A DNA stretch of 64,000 bases from the IMG/VR virus record IMGVR_UViG_3300027566_000003; one strand, 5' to 3'. The stretch comes from a virus. Lineage: Duplodnaviria > Caudoviricetes. A program made the position numbers and the translations under genes. Below, one piece after another: positions 20,199-30,688 of the stretch. The stretch's first letter is position 1, and each line of letters starts with the position of its first letter. The notes below the pieces were generated by a model. The model was not told the origin of the DNA. It was given only the letters and a program-made list of their open reading frames with translations, and did no database searches.

Positions 20199-20933
20199 AT
20201 GGCAAAACAACCATCTAATGTTTCGAATACTACAACAGAGACTTCAATTGTTTCTGAAACATCTGCACATTCTCTTGAATCAGAATTAATTTTAAAGAAC
20301 AAAGAGTTGGAAAATAAAATAAATAATCTTACTCTTATGATGGAACAATTTCTATCTTCTCAAATAAAAAAAGAAGAAAAAACGAATGAAGAAATTATTG
20401 AATATGAAAAACAAATAGCGAAACCTCAAAAACAAGAAAAAGATAAAGGTTTTCAAGCGTATGTAAATATTGATCATACTAAAAGAATTTTATTAATGAA
20501 TATGATGCACGCTGGAGGAACTTTTACAACACATAGTAACAAACCAATTAGATTTAATCATTTTGGTCATATTCAACATGCTCGTTTTGAAGATGTCGAA
20601 AGTTTAGCATCAAAATACAGAAGTTATTTTGAAAAACTAGAAATAAGAATCTTAAATGACGATGATGCTGTAGAAGCTTTATATTTAAAAGAAAGTTATA
20701 ATAAGTACGATATCTCCAAAGAAGAACTTGAGAATATTATTGAATTGGATGCACAAAAAATTGTAGAGAAAATTAAATCTTTATCAGAACCGATGCAAGA
20801 ATCAGCTTTATCTTTGATTGTTTCCAATGTCTCTAAAAGTAATCCTAAATTTATGGACAAAAATAAATGGGAAATTATTAATAATGCATTTGGAATTAAT
20901 ATTCAAGAATTTGCTAATAAATACATTGGTTAA
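20199..20933 (+). CDS. Hypothetical head-module protein
   Basis: Start moved to ATG 20199 after AAGGAG. Confidence 0.75.
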   Translation: MAKQPSNVSNTTTETSIVSETSAHSLESELILKNKELENKINNLTLMMEQFLSSQIKKEEKTNEEIIEYEKQIAKPQKQEKDKGFQAYVNIDHTKRILLMNMMHAGGTFTTHSNKPIRFNHFGHIQHARFEDVESLASKYRSYFEKLEIRILNDDDAVEALYLKESYNKYDISKEELENIIELDAQKIVEKIKSLSEPMQESALSLIVSNVSKSNPKFMDKNKWEIINNAFGINIQEFANKYIG

Positions 20934-20959
20934 GATAAAAGAAAGGTGAGGATGATTCT

Positions 20960-21439
20960 ATGGCAACGCCTTTTGATGTTTTTTTTGAACAGTTCTTATT
21001 GATCATAGATGATTCAAGGTTTGTGACAAATTACACTCCAAATGAGCTTGCCATGGAATTATCAAAATATCTATATAGATCAATAGGAATATGTGGGGAC
21101 TACCTATATATAGATTTAAATAGTTATACACCAACTACGGTAGATGATAATGATATATTATCAATTGGTGAATTTGCAGATAGTTTTATTATGCAAGAAA
21201 TAACATTTGTTGCAAGAGGTATGGTTATTCCTTATCTTGAATTTCAATTACAAAAAAATAAACATCTTAATCAAATAGTTTATGGAAAAAATTATTTAGT
21301 TCACTCACAAGCAAATCATATAAAAGAGAATAGGGAAACAGTAAATAATGCAAAAAATAGTTTAATACAAGATATGATTATGTATACCTACCATAAAGAC
21401 CCTAATAATTTGCAAGGATCTAGTGGAGGTAGCATTTAA
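20960..21439 (+). CDS. Putative head-tail adaptor
   Basis: MATPFDVFFEQFLLIIDD pattern and position. Confidence 0.6.
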   Translation: MATPFDVFFEQFLLIIDDSRFVTNYTPNELAMELSKYLYRSIGICGDYLYIDLNSYTPTTVDDNDILSIGEFADSFIMQEITFVARGMVIPYLEFQLQKNKHLNQIVYGKNYLVHSQANHIKENRETVNNAKNSLIQDMIMYTYHKDPNNLQGSSGGSI

Positions 21440-21440
21440 A

Positions 21441-22715
21441 ATGGGTTTAAATGATTTAATTAGTAATTATAATAAAAGAATATCTTCAAATGGATTATCA
21501 ATCAAAGATGAATATGTAAACTCCTTACTAGACAACATCAACGATTCTTTCTACACTTCTCCATCCTATTATCAAATTACAAAAAATGAGGATTATATTA
21601 CAAAATTTGATGCATGGATAACTGACGAAAAAAGTTATGATGCAGATATTTCAAAAAAACAAATTAATATGAAACCAGGACAATTATTATCTCAAGGAGA
21701 AATAATCAATTGGGAAAATAAAAAATGGTTATGTACTAAGATTGATCAACAAGATACATATTGGAACAATGGTTTGATTGAATTTTGTAATTATGAGTTA
21801 AAATGGGTAAATCAAGATGGTTTAGTTGTAAGTGCTTGGGGAGTACTAGAAGATAGAAAATCTTTCACAGAGGGAATTCAAGAGAATAAATACATTATTG
21901 TTGGTGATTCAAATTATATTATTACATTACCTCGTAACGACAATACACTTGAAATTCGTAGAGATGATAAATTTTTAATTAGTAATAATTCTAATAATCC
22001 TATTGGATATAAAGTTATAAAAGTTAATGATAGTTATAAATATGGTTTAATTATCTTGAATCTTCAAGAATTAGGAGCAGAAATATCTCCAAATGATAAT
22101 GCAGAATTAATGATTGCAAATTATTATAATAGAATTGCTAGTTACTCCCTCCAAATCCTAAACACCCCAAATCTCCAACAAGATATTTCTACCGAACTTC
22201 AAATCCAAGTTCAAATAACACGCACAATAAACAATATCTCAACAGTCCTCTCCCCTAATCCATCACTATTATACGAATCAAGTAATACTTCAATCTGCAC
22301 AATTAATTCTACAGGATTATGTACATTTTTAAGTGAAGGGAATGTGGATATAACTGTTAAATTAGCAGATGATGAGGAAATTAGTGATTTGATAAGTATA
22401 GATGTGATTTCAGGTGTTGTGGATAATTATAGTTATAGCTTGGTGGGGAATGATTCTATTAAATTGAATCAAACTGCTATATATGTCGCAAAGAGATATA
22501 ATAATTCTGTTGAAATTGTTAGTGAGGAATTTGATTTCGAAGTGGTTGGGGATGTGCCTATAAACAAGTATTTGTTGACGATTATTAATGGAAGTGTAAA
22601 TTCTGTTAATTTGAAGTGTCTTGGATATCCGCATACGATTACTTTGAGGGCATATTTGAGGAGTAATCATGGAATCTTTGTTGAGAAAAATGTGGATTTG
22701 AAGGGGATTATTTAG
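21441..22715 (+). CDS. Putative head closure protein with Ig-like domains
   Basis: WLCT and CNYELKW motifs, Ig-like YESSNTSICTINSTG; ATG after GGAGG. Confidence 0.65.
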   Translation: MGLNDLISNYNKRISSNGLSIKDEYVNSLLDNINDSFYTSPSYYQITKNEDYITKFDAWITDEKSYDADISKKQINMKPGQLLSQGEIINWENKKWLCTKIDQQDTYWNNGLIEFCNYELKWVNQDGLVVSAWGVLEDRKSFTEGIQENKYIIVGDSNYIITLPRNDNTLEIRRDDKFLISNNSNNPIGYKVIKVNDSYKYGLIILNLQELGAEISPNDNAELMIANYYNRIASYSLQILNTPNLQQDISTELQIQVQITRTINNISTVLSPNPSLLYESSNTSICTINSTGLCTFLSEGNVDITVKLADDEEISDLISIDVISGVVDNYSYSLVGNDSIKLNQTAIYVAKRYNNSVEIVSEEFDFEVVGDVPINKYLLTIINGSVNSVNLKCLGYPHTITLRAYLRSNHGIFVEKNVDLKGII

Positions 22716-22772
22716 GTTGTGATTAATAATGGTTAATATAATAAATTTAATTTGTTAGGTTGGTGGTGATAG

Positions 22773-23297
22773 ATGTCAAATAAATTTGTTGATTATGTTG
22801 AACTTAATGGTGTGGAAAAAATAATCAATTATTTAACAAGCTATATTATACAAAATGATAATATATGCAAACTTTTAAAATACAACGATGAAAATGCTTT
22901 ATCTTATTCTTTAACAGATGAAGATAGATATATTTTAATAGACTCAAATCCAATAAATAAAGATAATCGTAGAATATACTTTCAACCATACATTAATAAA
23001 ACAATAATAAAAGAGCAAACAGAACTACGTATATATCCTGCAAGTTTTGATATTGAGACTAGGGTTTTGGGAAAAGTTTATTTAGCAATAGATATAATTT
23101 TACATAATGATTTATGGGATTTAGTTGATTCAAGAATTCGTCCTTTAGCATTGCTAAATGAACTTTTAATTTCACTTAATGGTACTAATGTTGAAGGCAT
23201 AGGTCTTCTTAATCTTGAAAAAGAAAGAATCTCATTAATTGCCTATAATGATTATATTTCTGGTTATCGAATCATCTTGTGTACTAGGGTAGTTTAG
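22773..23297 (+). CDS. Putative tail terminator/completion protein
   Basis: Position and IDIILHNDLW and RPLALL pattern. Confidence 0.55.
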   Translation: MSNKFVDYVELNGVEKIINYLTSYIIQNDNICKLLKYNDENALSYSLTDEDRYILIDSNPINKDNRRIYFQPYINKTIIKEQTELRIYPASFDIETRVLGKVYLAIDIILHNDLWDLVDSRIRPLALLNELLISLNGTNVEGIGLLNLEKERISLIAYNDYISGYRIILCTRVV

Positions 23298-23298
23298 T

Positions 23299-24213
23299 AT
23301 GGATATGTCGCAGTATGAACAATATTTAATCTATAATAAACCCATCCCTTATATGTCAGAAAAATCATTAAAAAGAAGACAAGAAATTGAAAATGAAATT
23401 ATTAAATTAAATAACAATAAGACATTTAATGAAAACAATGATGAAGAAATAAAATCTAAATTATCTCAACTACAAGAAGAATATGAAAAACTAATATTAT
23501 TAATCTATCCAGTAAAAATGATTGATTATCTTCGTTTTTACACGTCTGTTAATTGTTTATCCTTTGATAAAAATAAAATTCCTGACCCAAAAGTAATATC
23601 TATGAGTTATTTAGATTTTATTTTTCATTTAATAGAAAATGATCCCAATGGAAAATATTATGCATTGATGTTGTGTGACGTTTTAAATTTATGTTGCAAA
23701 ATTGAAATTAATAAAATTAGTTATCGAAAAAGCGAAACCGGAAAAATCAATTTAATTATTGAAAAAGATGAAAATGAAGAAGTAATTAATGCAAACGATT
23801 TTGAAAATATTAAAAATATAATATTAAAACAGAATATTCCTGATTATGATGACTCATATATTGATCCAAAAATAGAAGAAGTTCTAAAAGAAACTGAGGA
23901 ATTTTTAAATAGACATAAAAAGAAAATGGCTTCCTTAGAAGATCAAATAATTTGTGTGATGTTGGCATTACATGAAACAAATGAAGAAAAAATACATAAT
24001 CTTACCATACGAAAATTTTCAAAAATACTTCAAAGATATGACTTTAAACTTCATTATGAAATTTATAAAACTGCTGAAATGGGTGGCATGGTAACATTTA
24101 AACAAGAAATTGATCATTGGATGAGCGAAATTTCAAATAAGAAATATTCTAGTTTTGATAATACTATCGTAGAATATGATGCACTAAAAAGTAAAATAGA
24201 AAGTGCTACATAG
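23299..24213 (+). CDS. Hypothetical tail-module protein
   Basis: 304-aa ORF between the terminator and major tail genes. Confidence 0.7.
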   Translation: MDMSQYEQYLIYNKPIPYMSEKSLKRRQEIENEIIKLNNNKTFNENNDEEIKSKLSQLQEEYEKLILLIYPVKMIDYLRFYTSVNCLSFDKNKIPDPKVISMSYLDFIFHLIENDPNGKYYALMLCDVLNLCCKIEINKISYRKSETGKINLIIEKDENEEVINANDFENIKNIILKQNIPDYDDSYIDPKIEEVLKETEEFLNRHKKKMASLEDQIICVMLALHETNEEKIHNLTIRKFSKILQRYDFKLHYEIYKTAEMGGMVTFKQEIDHWMSEISNKKYSSFDNTIVEYDALKSKIESAT

Positions 24214-24246
24214 GTATATAAATAATATTAAGGAGGAATGTTAATT

Positions 24247-25284
24247 ATGGCAATTAATAAAAAGTTTATTGCTGGAGTGGGAAGAACTTTTAACTATGAT
24301 GCAAACGATAATCTTTTATGGGTAGGAAAAACATTATTAAATAGCGCAATTGATATTACATCATCCCAACAAGAGTTAAGGGCTGGCATTGGAAATTCTT
24401 TACAAATGGTGTATTTTCATTCTGGTAAGTTAGAATTAACACAAGAGGAACAACAATTTAACTTAACAATGATTGCTAATTCTATTGGATCGACTATCAC
24501 AACTGGAGGTTCAGTTTGGGTAGAAGAAACAGTAACGGTTACTGGAGGTGCTGGATCGGTATTAGGCACTCCTATAGCCACATCAACGGGGACAGTGTAT
24601 GGGTGGGTCGAACAAAGCGATGGAACAACTCAAAGAATTACCTTTTCAACCAAGTCATTTTCTGGAATTACTCAACAAACAGGCAATGTTTGTGTAAGAT
24701 ATTATGCAACAAATTCAGCAGCCAGAGTTATTAATGTTAATGCAAATATTATTCCTAATGTTGTTAGGACTGTAATAGAGGCACAAATGTTTTCTGGTGA
24801 TACTAATAATGCAAGCACATCAACTTTAGTTGGTAAAGTCCTTGTAGAAGTTCCAAGACTTCAACTAGACGGAAGTGCTAAATTAAATTTAACAAGTACA
24901 GGTGTTTCTAGTACACCAATTAAAGGTACTGCACTAGCATCTACTGTTGCAGGATGTAGTTCTTCTGGAATTTATGCAACAATTACTGAAGTTTTAGATT
25001 CGGCTAACTGGTATGATGACGTTTTTGCATTGGCTTTGACTGTAGACCCTATTACTTTAACCACCGCTATATCCCCTCTGACAGTAGATTTAAGAGCAAT
25101 TCCCACAAATGGACTTGCGTTTAAACCACCATATGGAGATATTACATGGGCAACATCTGATGCAACTAAATTTACTGTTTCTAATGGAGTTTTAACAAAA
25201 GTTGCCGCCGGAAGTGCAAACTTAAATTATACAATCACCGGGAAAACTTCTATTACAGGTCAAACGGTTGTGACGGTTTCTTAA
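24247..25284 (+). CDS. Major tail tube protein with C-terminal Ig-like domain
   Basis: Thr/Ser/Gly-rich, ITWATSDATKFTVSNG Ig motif, followed by a terminator. Confidence 0.8.
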   Translation: MAINKKFIAGVGRTFNYDANDNLLWVGKTLLNSAIDITSSQQELRAGIGNSLQMVYFHSGKLELTQEEQQFNLTMIANSIGSTITTGGSVWVEETVTVTGGAGSVLGTPIATSTGTVYGWVEQSDGTTQRITFSTKSFSGITQQTGNVCVRYYATNSAARVINVNANIIPNVVRTVIEAQMFSGDTNNASTSTLVGKVLVEVPRLQLDGSAKLNLTSTGVSSTPIKGTALASTVAGCSSSGIYATITEVLDSANWYDDVFALALTVDPITLTTAISPLTVDLRAIPTNGLAFKPPYGDITWATSDATKFTVSNGVLTKVAAGSANLNYTITGKTSITGQTVVTVS

Positions 25285-25343
25285 TTAAATAAATAAAATA
25301 TAAATAATAGAGTTTAACATCCTCTATTATTTATATTGTTTAG

Positions 25344-25766
25344 GTGAATTTTATGAATATATGTGAACACGGAACAATAAAAATAGATAGTATAAATCAA
25401 AGTATATTTTGTAATATATTAAAAGAAAATTGTTGTTTTGTAAGATGGTGTATTATTGAACAGTGTATTTTAAATACAAATAATTATATTAATTGTAAGG
25501 TAAGGATTAACAATATGGTAAAAATAAAAAATAATATAGAAAAAGATAATAACATTAATTTAAATATTATTAATGATTCAAATGAAGAATATTGCAAAGT
25601 GCTTTGGTTAAGAGATAATACATTCGCCATTGACTTTAAAGGGTATGGGATTTCTATTCAAATAGAAAATTTACTTAATAGGGGAAAAATTAAAGAATAT
25701 ATAAAAGTAAAATACGAAAGCGAAATTGGAAAAGAAGATTTTAAAATATTTCCAATTTATGAATAG
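25344..25766 (+). CDS. Hypothetical protein, Cys-rich N-terminus
   Basis: 140-aa ORF. Confidence 0.6.
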   Translation: MNFMNICEHGTIKIDSINQSIFCNILKENCCFVRWCIIEQCILNTNNYINCKVRINNMVKIKNNIEKDNNINLNIINDSNEEYCKVLWLRDNTFAIDFKGYGISIQIENLLNRGKIKEYIKVKYESEIGKEDFKIFPIYE

Positions 25767-25790
25767 TATTTTAGATTTAACAAACTAAAA

Positions 25791-25898
25791 AATGGTTTCT
25801 TATAAATTTGCGCAAATTTATAAGTGTAATTAAGAAGACTATATTATCCGAGATATAGTCTTCTTTCCCATTCTCTGATTCGGGAAGGAGAAAATAAT
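25791..25898 (+). promoter_or_regulatory. Leader RNA motif copy (palindromic hairpin plus RBS-adjacent pseudoknot)
   Basis: AATGG/CCATT closing stem, 26-bp palindrome at 25799-25824, 13-bp hairpin whose loop TCCGAG pairs with TTCGGG before GAAGGAG. Confidence 0.75.
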
Positions 25899-26909
25899 AT
25901 GTTAGAAACTAAAGAGTTAAATATAAAACTTTCATCAAAAAATATTAATTATTATGAACAATTGGGATATAACATTCCAAAATATAAAGACACTAGTGGT
26001 AAACAAAGAGTCAAAAAAGGAACTGAAATAAAAATTAAGATAGAACATTTACCATTACAATCACATAATAAAGTAGATGTTAAATGTGATTATTGTGAAA
26101 AAGTATTTCCAAAACCTTATTATTCTTACATTAATAGCAAAAATACATATGTAGTTAATAAAGATGCTTGTAATGATTGTAAATATATTAAGATAAAAGA
26201 ATGTAATTTAATTAATTATGGATATGAAAATACTTCACAAATACCTGAATATAGAGAACATCTTAGATTATTAAAACGAAATGATTTTGAGAAGGTAAAA
26301 CGAGATTTTGAGAATATGAATTTTACACTTTTGACAACAGAAGATGAATATATTAATTCAAGACAATCTATGAAATGTATATGCAATAATCATCCAAATA
26401 TTATTCAAGAAAAAGAGCATTTCCATACCACAAAAGACGTAGGTTGTAAATATTGTCGGGCAGAAAATATTTCTGGAGAAGGAAATTGGAATTATCAAGG
26501 TGGAATTACTCCACTTCACAACTATCTTAGACAACATATATTGCAATGGAAAAAAGATTCAATATTATTTTATAATGGAAAGTGTGTTTTGACTAATAAT
26601 ACAACGACTATAGTACATCATTTATATTCATTTAATTTAATATTGCAAGAATTAATTCAAGAATTAAAATTAGATATGGATTTTACTAAAATTAAAGTGG
26701 AAGATTTACCGGATGATCAATTAAAGTTATTAAAAGACAGATGTTTAGAATTACATTATAAATACGGGTTAGGTGTCTGTTTGTCCGATAATGTCCACAA
26801 ACTTTTTCACTCACTTTATTCTTATGGCAATAACATTCCAGAACAATTCACAGAATTCCAACAACGTTATAACAATGGAGAATTCACATCTCTCCTATTA
26901 GCAAAATGA
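25899..26909 (+). CDS. HNH-type homing endonuclease
   Basis: CVLT, VHHLYSF, VHKLFHSLYSYGNN; paralogous to 9872-10507 and 56156-56980. Confidence 0.85.
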   Translation: MLETKELNIKLSSKNINYYEQLGYNIPKYKDTSGKQRVKKGTEIKIKIEHLPLQSHNKVDVKCDYCEKVFPKPYYSYINSKNTYVVNKDACNDCKYIKIKECNLINYGYENTSQIPEYREHLRLLKRNDFEKVKRDFENMNFTLLTTEDEYINSRQSMKCICNNHPNIIQEKEHFHTTKDVGCKYCRAENISGEGNWNYQGGITPLHNYLRQHILQWKKDSILFYNGKCVLTNNTTTIVHHLYSFNLILQELIQELKLDMDFTKIKVEDLPDDQLKLLKDRCLELHYKYGLGVCLSDNVHKLFHSLYSYGNNIPEQFTEFQQRYNNGEFTSLLLAK

Positions 26910-27164
26910 AAATATTAATAAATAAACTCACAAATAAATAATTATAGATAATGTACAAATCTATAATTATTACCAACAAACAAAAAAACAACTCACAAAA
27001 CCAACAACAAAACATCAAAATATAAGGGGAGGTGGAATGGACATAAAAATCCATCTTACCTCCCCTTATTTTTTATTTTTCAATAAATCTATATTCCAAA
27101 CAATAATCTCAAAATCCAAAGAATCTAATAATCTAAGAATCAAAAAAGAAAGGGTGAAAATACT

Positions 27165-27521
27165 ATGTCAGTAAGAGCACATTGGGTTTTTCATAATGTT
27201 GCTACAGAAGCAGGTAATGGAGATGAATACAAAATTGCTAATGTTGGATCAAACACAATATTAGTTTTAGCATTGCAAACTATACCAACAGTCGAATCAA
27301 CACCAGTAACCTACACTATACATTTTGAAGCAAAAGGATTAATCGGTGATTATGTTTCTATACCAGTTTGGGATGAAACAAAAATGGATTTAGTCCTTAG
27401 TGCTACAGAAACAAGTGGTAAATTGTTTACAATCGATTTAACAGGGAAATCAAGTTTCCGTGTGAATCTTGTTTCTATAGATGGTGGGAGTTTAAGTGTT
27501 CAAGGGAAGGTGATTGAGTAG
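27165..27521 (+). CDS. Small beta-sandwich virion-associated protein
   Basis: Similar pattern to the N-terminal domain of 36189 (FHN/MHT, DG, SVQG/TVTG). Confidence 0.6.
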   Translation: MSVRAHWVFHNVATEAGNGDEYKIANVGSNTILVLALQTIPTVESTPVTYTIHFEAKGLIGDYVSIPVWDETKMDLVLSATETSGKLFTIDLTGKSSFRVNLVSIDGGSLSVQGKVIE

Positions 27522-30500
27522 ATGGTAGATTTAATTGCTCGTGGTTTATCAAAAACAAATGCTATAAAATATGGCACCATAGGCATAGACACAGTTCAAT
27601 CTATACCAGACACAAGTATCATTAGATTCAACTTAGTCAATGGAATGTTTTTTGATTGGGATTTATCATCTACAGACACAATGTTTAGATCAACTTATGA
27701 TACAAATAATAATGGTATAGTTGACAAATCAGAAAAACTAAAAAATAGTACAGATTCTACATTTAATGATGGAAATTATTATTTAGATCGTACTAATCAT
27801 ACAGGATTCGATACAGCAAATAAAATAACAGTTAATAAAACTAATCTTATTGAAAATCTTGCAACGTTTACAGGCACTACATTACAAGATTTAATAGATT
27901 TTATAGATTCTCTTGATACATTTAAAAATGGTGAATTAAATCTTGGAACAAAAAATGCAGTGAATTCATGGAAAATTATAAAAGAAGATGATGATTTATC
28001 ATTTTATAGATATGATGAATATAATTCTCAATATAATTTAATTACTAGTTTTGGAGCATCCGTAAAATCCGATAAATTCATATTGACGGAATGGCAAGGG
28101 AGTATCCAAGGTTTAAAAGGAGATGGAACTTCAAGAACTTTATTGAAAACATCAGTTGATGATAATGGAGTTTTAATTGGAAATTATTATGGTCGTGCTG
28201 GTTTAATTAGTAATGGATTATATTTTTCTATGTATCCAACTGGCGTTGATTCTACATTTGTTTTAAATTCATGTACTGATTCTGAAGGAACTTCTAATGC
28301 TCAATCAATAACAAAGTTCACAACAAGATATCAGCCATTAGTACATGGTTTTTATACTGGAATTAGTGGACTTGATTTAATATCTGTTCCAAGTGGTACA
28401 ACTGTTCGTGTATGGGTTGAGTCAGATGACCAAGACGACATAATGTTTGAAACTATAAATTATATAAATTTTAAAAAGGGATTAGGCTTATCAGTATCTA
28501 TTGGTGTAAATAACATTGTTTTTTATGAACCATTCCCAATTGATAAAGATACTCCCTTTTATTTAAATATAGAATTTAGCAATGCCGTAACAATTAAAGG
28601 GTCTATTACTAACAATAATCAAGTTGGAGATCCGAAATTTTATCCTATGGGCAGTATTATCAGAGAAACTGCTGCATTTGAAAAATTAGCGACTCAAGAT
28701 TGGGTTACTGAGAATACAAAGAAAACTGACAGTATGACAACAGATAGTAGTATATTATATGCTTCTGCAAAATCAGTATCTTCATTATCTAAGGTTGTAT
28801 CTGCTATTTCTGGTGGTGCATCTCCATTGGTTCCGATTTCTTGTGAAGACTTTTCATTGCTACAAACTGGCACAAATGGACAGCATTATATTTTTACCAA
28901 TGATGGGATAATAAATACTCAAATAATAAGTAAACGTGATCATTGCTATGTAGTTGAAACTTTTGATTATACGGAAATTTTACCGACTCAATATATACAA
29001 GAAGAAGATTATGTTGTAATTTCAAATGAAGTTGTTTCAAATGGTGCAATTTTTATTACAAATATTACACCTAACACTTTAGGTAAAAATGTAAGTAAAA
29101 CTATGAACGATTATCCTAATGAAGCAACAATAAATAGTATTGCATCCGATGATGATACATGGACAGTTACAGTAATTTGGGATAGAGGGTCAGAAGAATA
29201 TTGTGGTCAACCTAAAGTTAATGGTATTGATGTAATAAATATTACAAATGTTGGTGGAGGAACTTTTACCGGAACAGTGATAGTTACAACTAGCGAAATT
29301 ACTGATAATGCAATAACCGCAACTTTTGGAACAGCAAGTTATAGAGTAGGTGTAGTTGTAGAAACTCCTCCAATAATTACAACATTAACACTAAATAATA
29401 CTCCAACTGATTATCCCATATCTTCATGGTCTGTTCAACAAACAGAGGTTAAAGTTGGAGACATTATGACATTTGATATCATATCGGATAAAGATATTGT
29501 TGCTGTGGAGGTAGCATCTTATGGTGCAGGATCATCTAAAATTATAAATGTAACACAAGGTGCGACATTTACTGATTTAACATTTACGGTAGCATCTACT
29601 GGTTTAGTATCATCTAGTAAAACAATTAAAGTACGTGTGAAAAGTCCTACTGGGTCTTGGTCTGATTATGTAGAAAGTTCAAATAGTATTATATGCAATG
29701 ACTTAACTCCTACAATTAGTGTGAATACAATAACATATCCATCAACTCAAACTGCATTAAAAAATAGCGAAACTGCAAGTGTTACATTTAATACTTCAAA
29801 TCAAACAAGTGTAATTGTGACTGCTATTGGTTCAGATATTTCAATAAGTGGAGTTAATTCTACTACTGGTGCTTTTACAGCAACTAGAATTGGTGGAAGT
29901 TATGTTGATAATATTGATAATTTTACTGGTGTTGCTAGAAAAGATAGTAACGGTTCAAGTGTAAGTGTAAATGGATGTATTTTTATTGCAAATATCGCTC
30001 CTGTATTGTCTTCACAAAGTTTATTAACTTATAATGTAATGTCGGGCGTTGGCACTGTTACAAATACCCTTACTTTTAGTCAAAAGGTAAAAATTAAAAG
30101 TATTTCAGCATTAACTGCCGGAACACTGGTAACTGGAACAACTTCGACTTATACAACAACATATGGATTAGGTATATCGGCACAATCCTCAGATACACAT
30201 TCTAATACAGCAAATACAACAAATTTAGTAGTTACAGGACTTAGTGGAATTGATTCTGTAAGTATTCCAATCAACTATTATATTAGAGGATTTGCTAATA
30301 TTGTTTTGAATTTTACTTACTCTGAATTATCAAAAGTAATTGGAACTATGGTTACAGATGTTACTAAGTGTGTAGTATCAGGAAAAATATTAAGTACGCC
30401 AATATTCGAAATTGCTAAAGAATATATTACTTATTCCAGTGTGGTTTTAGCTACTGCTGATAAATGGAGTATAAGTGCAGATGGTTTGAATTTCTTAATT

Positions 30501-30572
30501 CCAGATGCAGTAAAATCATTCGGATATACAACGGGAGTTGATTGTGAGATTAACATATCTGAAATTTATTAA
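27522..30572 (+). CDS. Large tail fibre/receptor-binding-like protein
   Basis: 1016 aa, Thr/Ser-rich, STYDTNNNGIVD and YYLDRTNHTG fibre-type motifs. Confidence 0.65.
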   Translation: MVDLIARGLSKTNAIKYGTIGIDTVQSIPDTSIIRFNLVNGMFFDWDLSSTDTMFRSTYDTNNNGIVDKSEKLKNSTDSTFNDGNYYLDRTNHTGFDTANKITVNKTNLIENLATFTGTTLQDLIDFIDSLDTFKNGELNLGTKNAVNSWKIIKEDDDLSFYRYDEYNSQYNLITSFGASVKSDKFILTEWQGSIQGLKGDGTSRTLLKTSVDDNGVLIGNYYGRAGLISNGLYFSMYPTGVDSTFVLNSCTDSEGTSNAQSITKFTTRYQPLVHGFYTGISGLDLISVPSGTTVRVWVESDDQDDIMFETINYINFKKGLGLSVSIGVNNIVFYEPFPIDKDTPFYLNIEFSNAVTIKGSITNNNQVGDPKFYPMGSIIRETAAFEKLATQDWVTENTKKTDSMTTDSSILYASAKSVSSLSKVVSAISGGASPLVPISCEDFSLLQTGTNGQHYIFTNDGIINTQIISKRDHCYVVETFDYTEILPTQYIQEEDYVVISNEVVSNGAIFITNITPNTLGKNVSKTMNDYPNEATINSIASDDDTWTVTVIWDRGSEEYCGQPKVNGIDVINITNVGGGTFTGTVIVTTSEITDNAITATFGTASYRVGVVVETPPIITTLTLNNTPTDYPISSWSVQQTEVKVGDIMTFDIISDKDIVAVEVASYGAGSSKIINVTQGATFTDLTFTVASTGLVSSSKTIKVRVKSPTGSWSDYVESSNSIICNDLTPTISVNTITYPSTQTALKNSETASVTFNTSNQTSVIVTAIGSDISISGVNSTTGAFTATRIGGSYVDNIDNFTGVARKDSNGSSVSVNGCIFIANIAPVLSSQSLLTYNVMSGVGTVTNTLTFSQKVKIKSISALTAGTLVTGTTSTYTTTYGLGISAQSSDTHSNTANTTNLVVTGLSGIDSVSIPINYYIRGFANIVLNFTYSELSKVIGTMVTDVTKCVVSGKILSTPIFEIAKEYITYSSVVLATADKWSISADGLNFLIPDAVKSFGYTTGVDCEINISEIY

Positions 30573-30584
30573 TTTGTAATAAAA

Positions 30585-30688
30585 ATGGTTGTCTAATAAG
30601 GTTGCAAATTTATTAGACGTAAAACAAGAGTCATGCTGTCACATGACTCTTTTCCATGTAAAACTTTTTGACAGAAAAGGAGAAATAA
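30585..30688 (+). promoter_or_regulatory. Leader RNA motif copy
   Basis: ATGG/CCAT closing stem, hairpin with TTGCAA loop, 10-bp hairpin whose loop CTGTCA pairs with TGACAG before AAAAGGAG. Confidence 0.8.
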
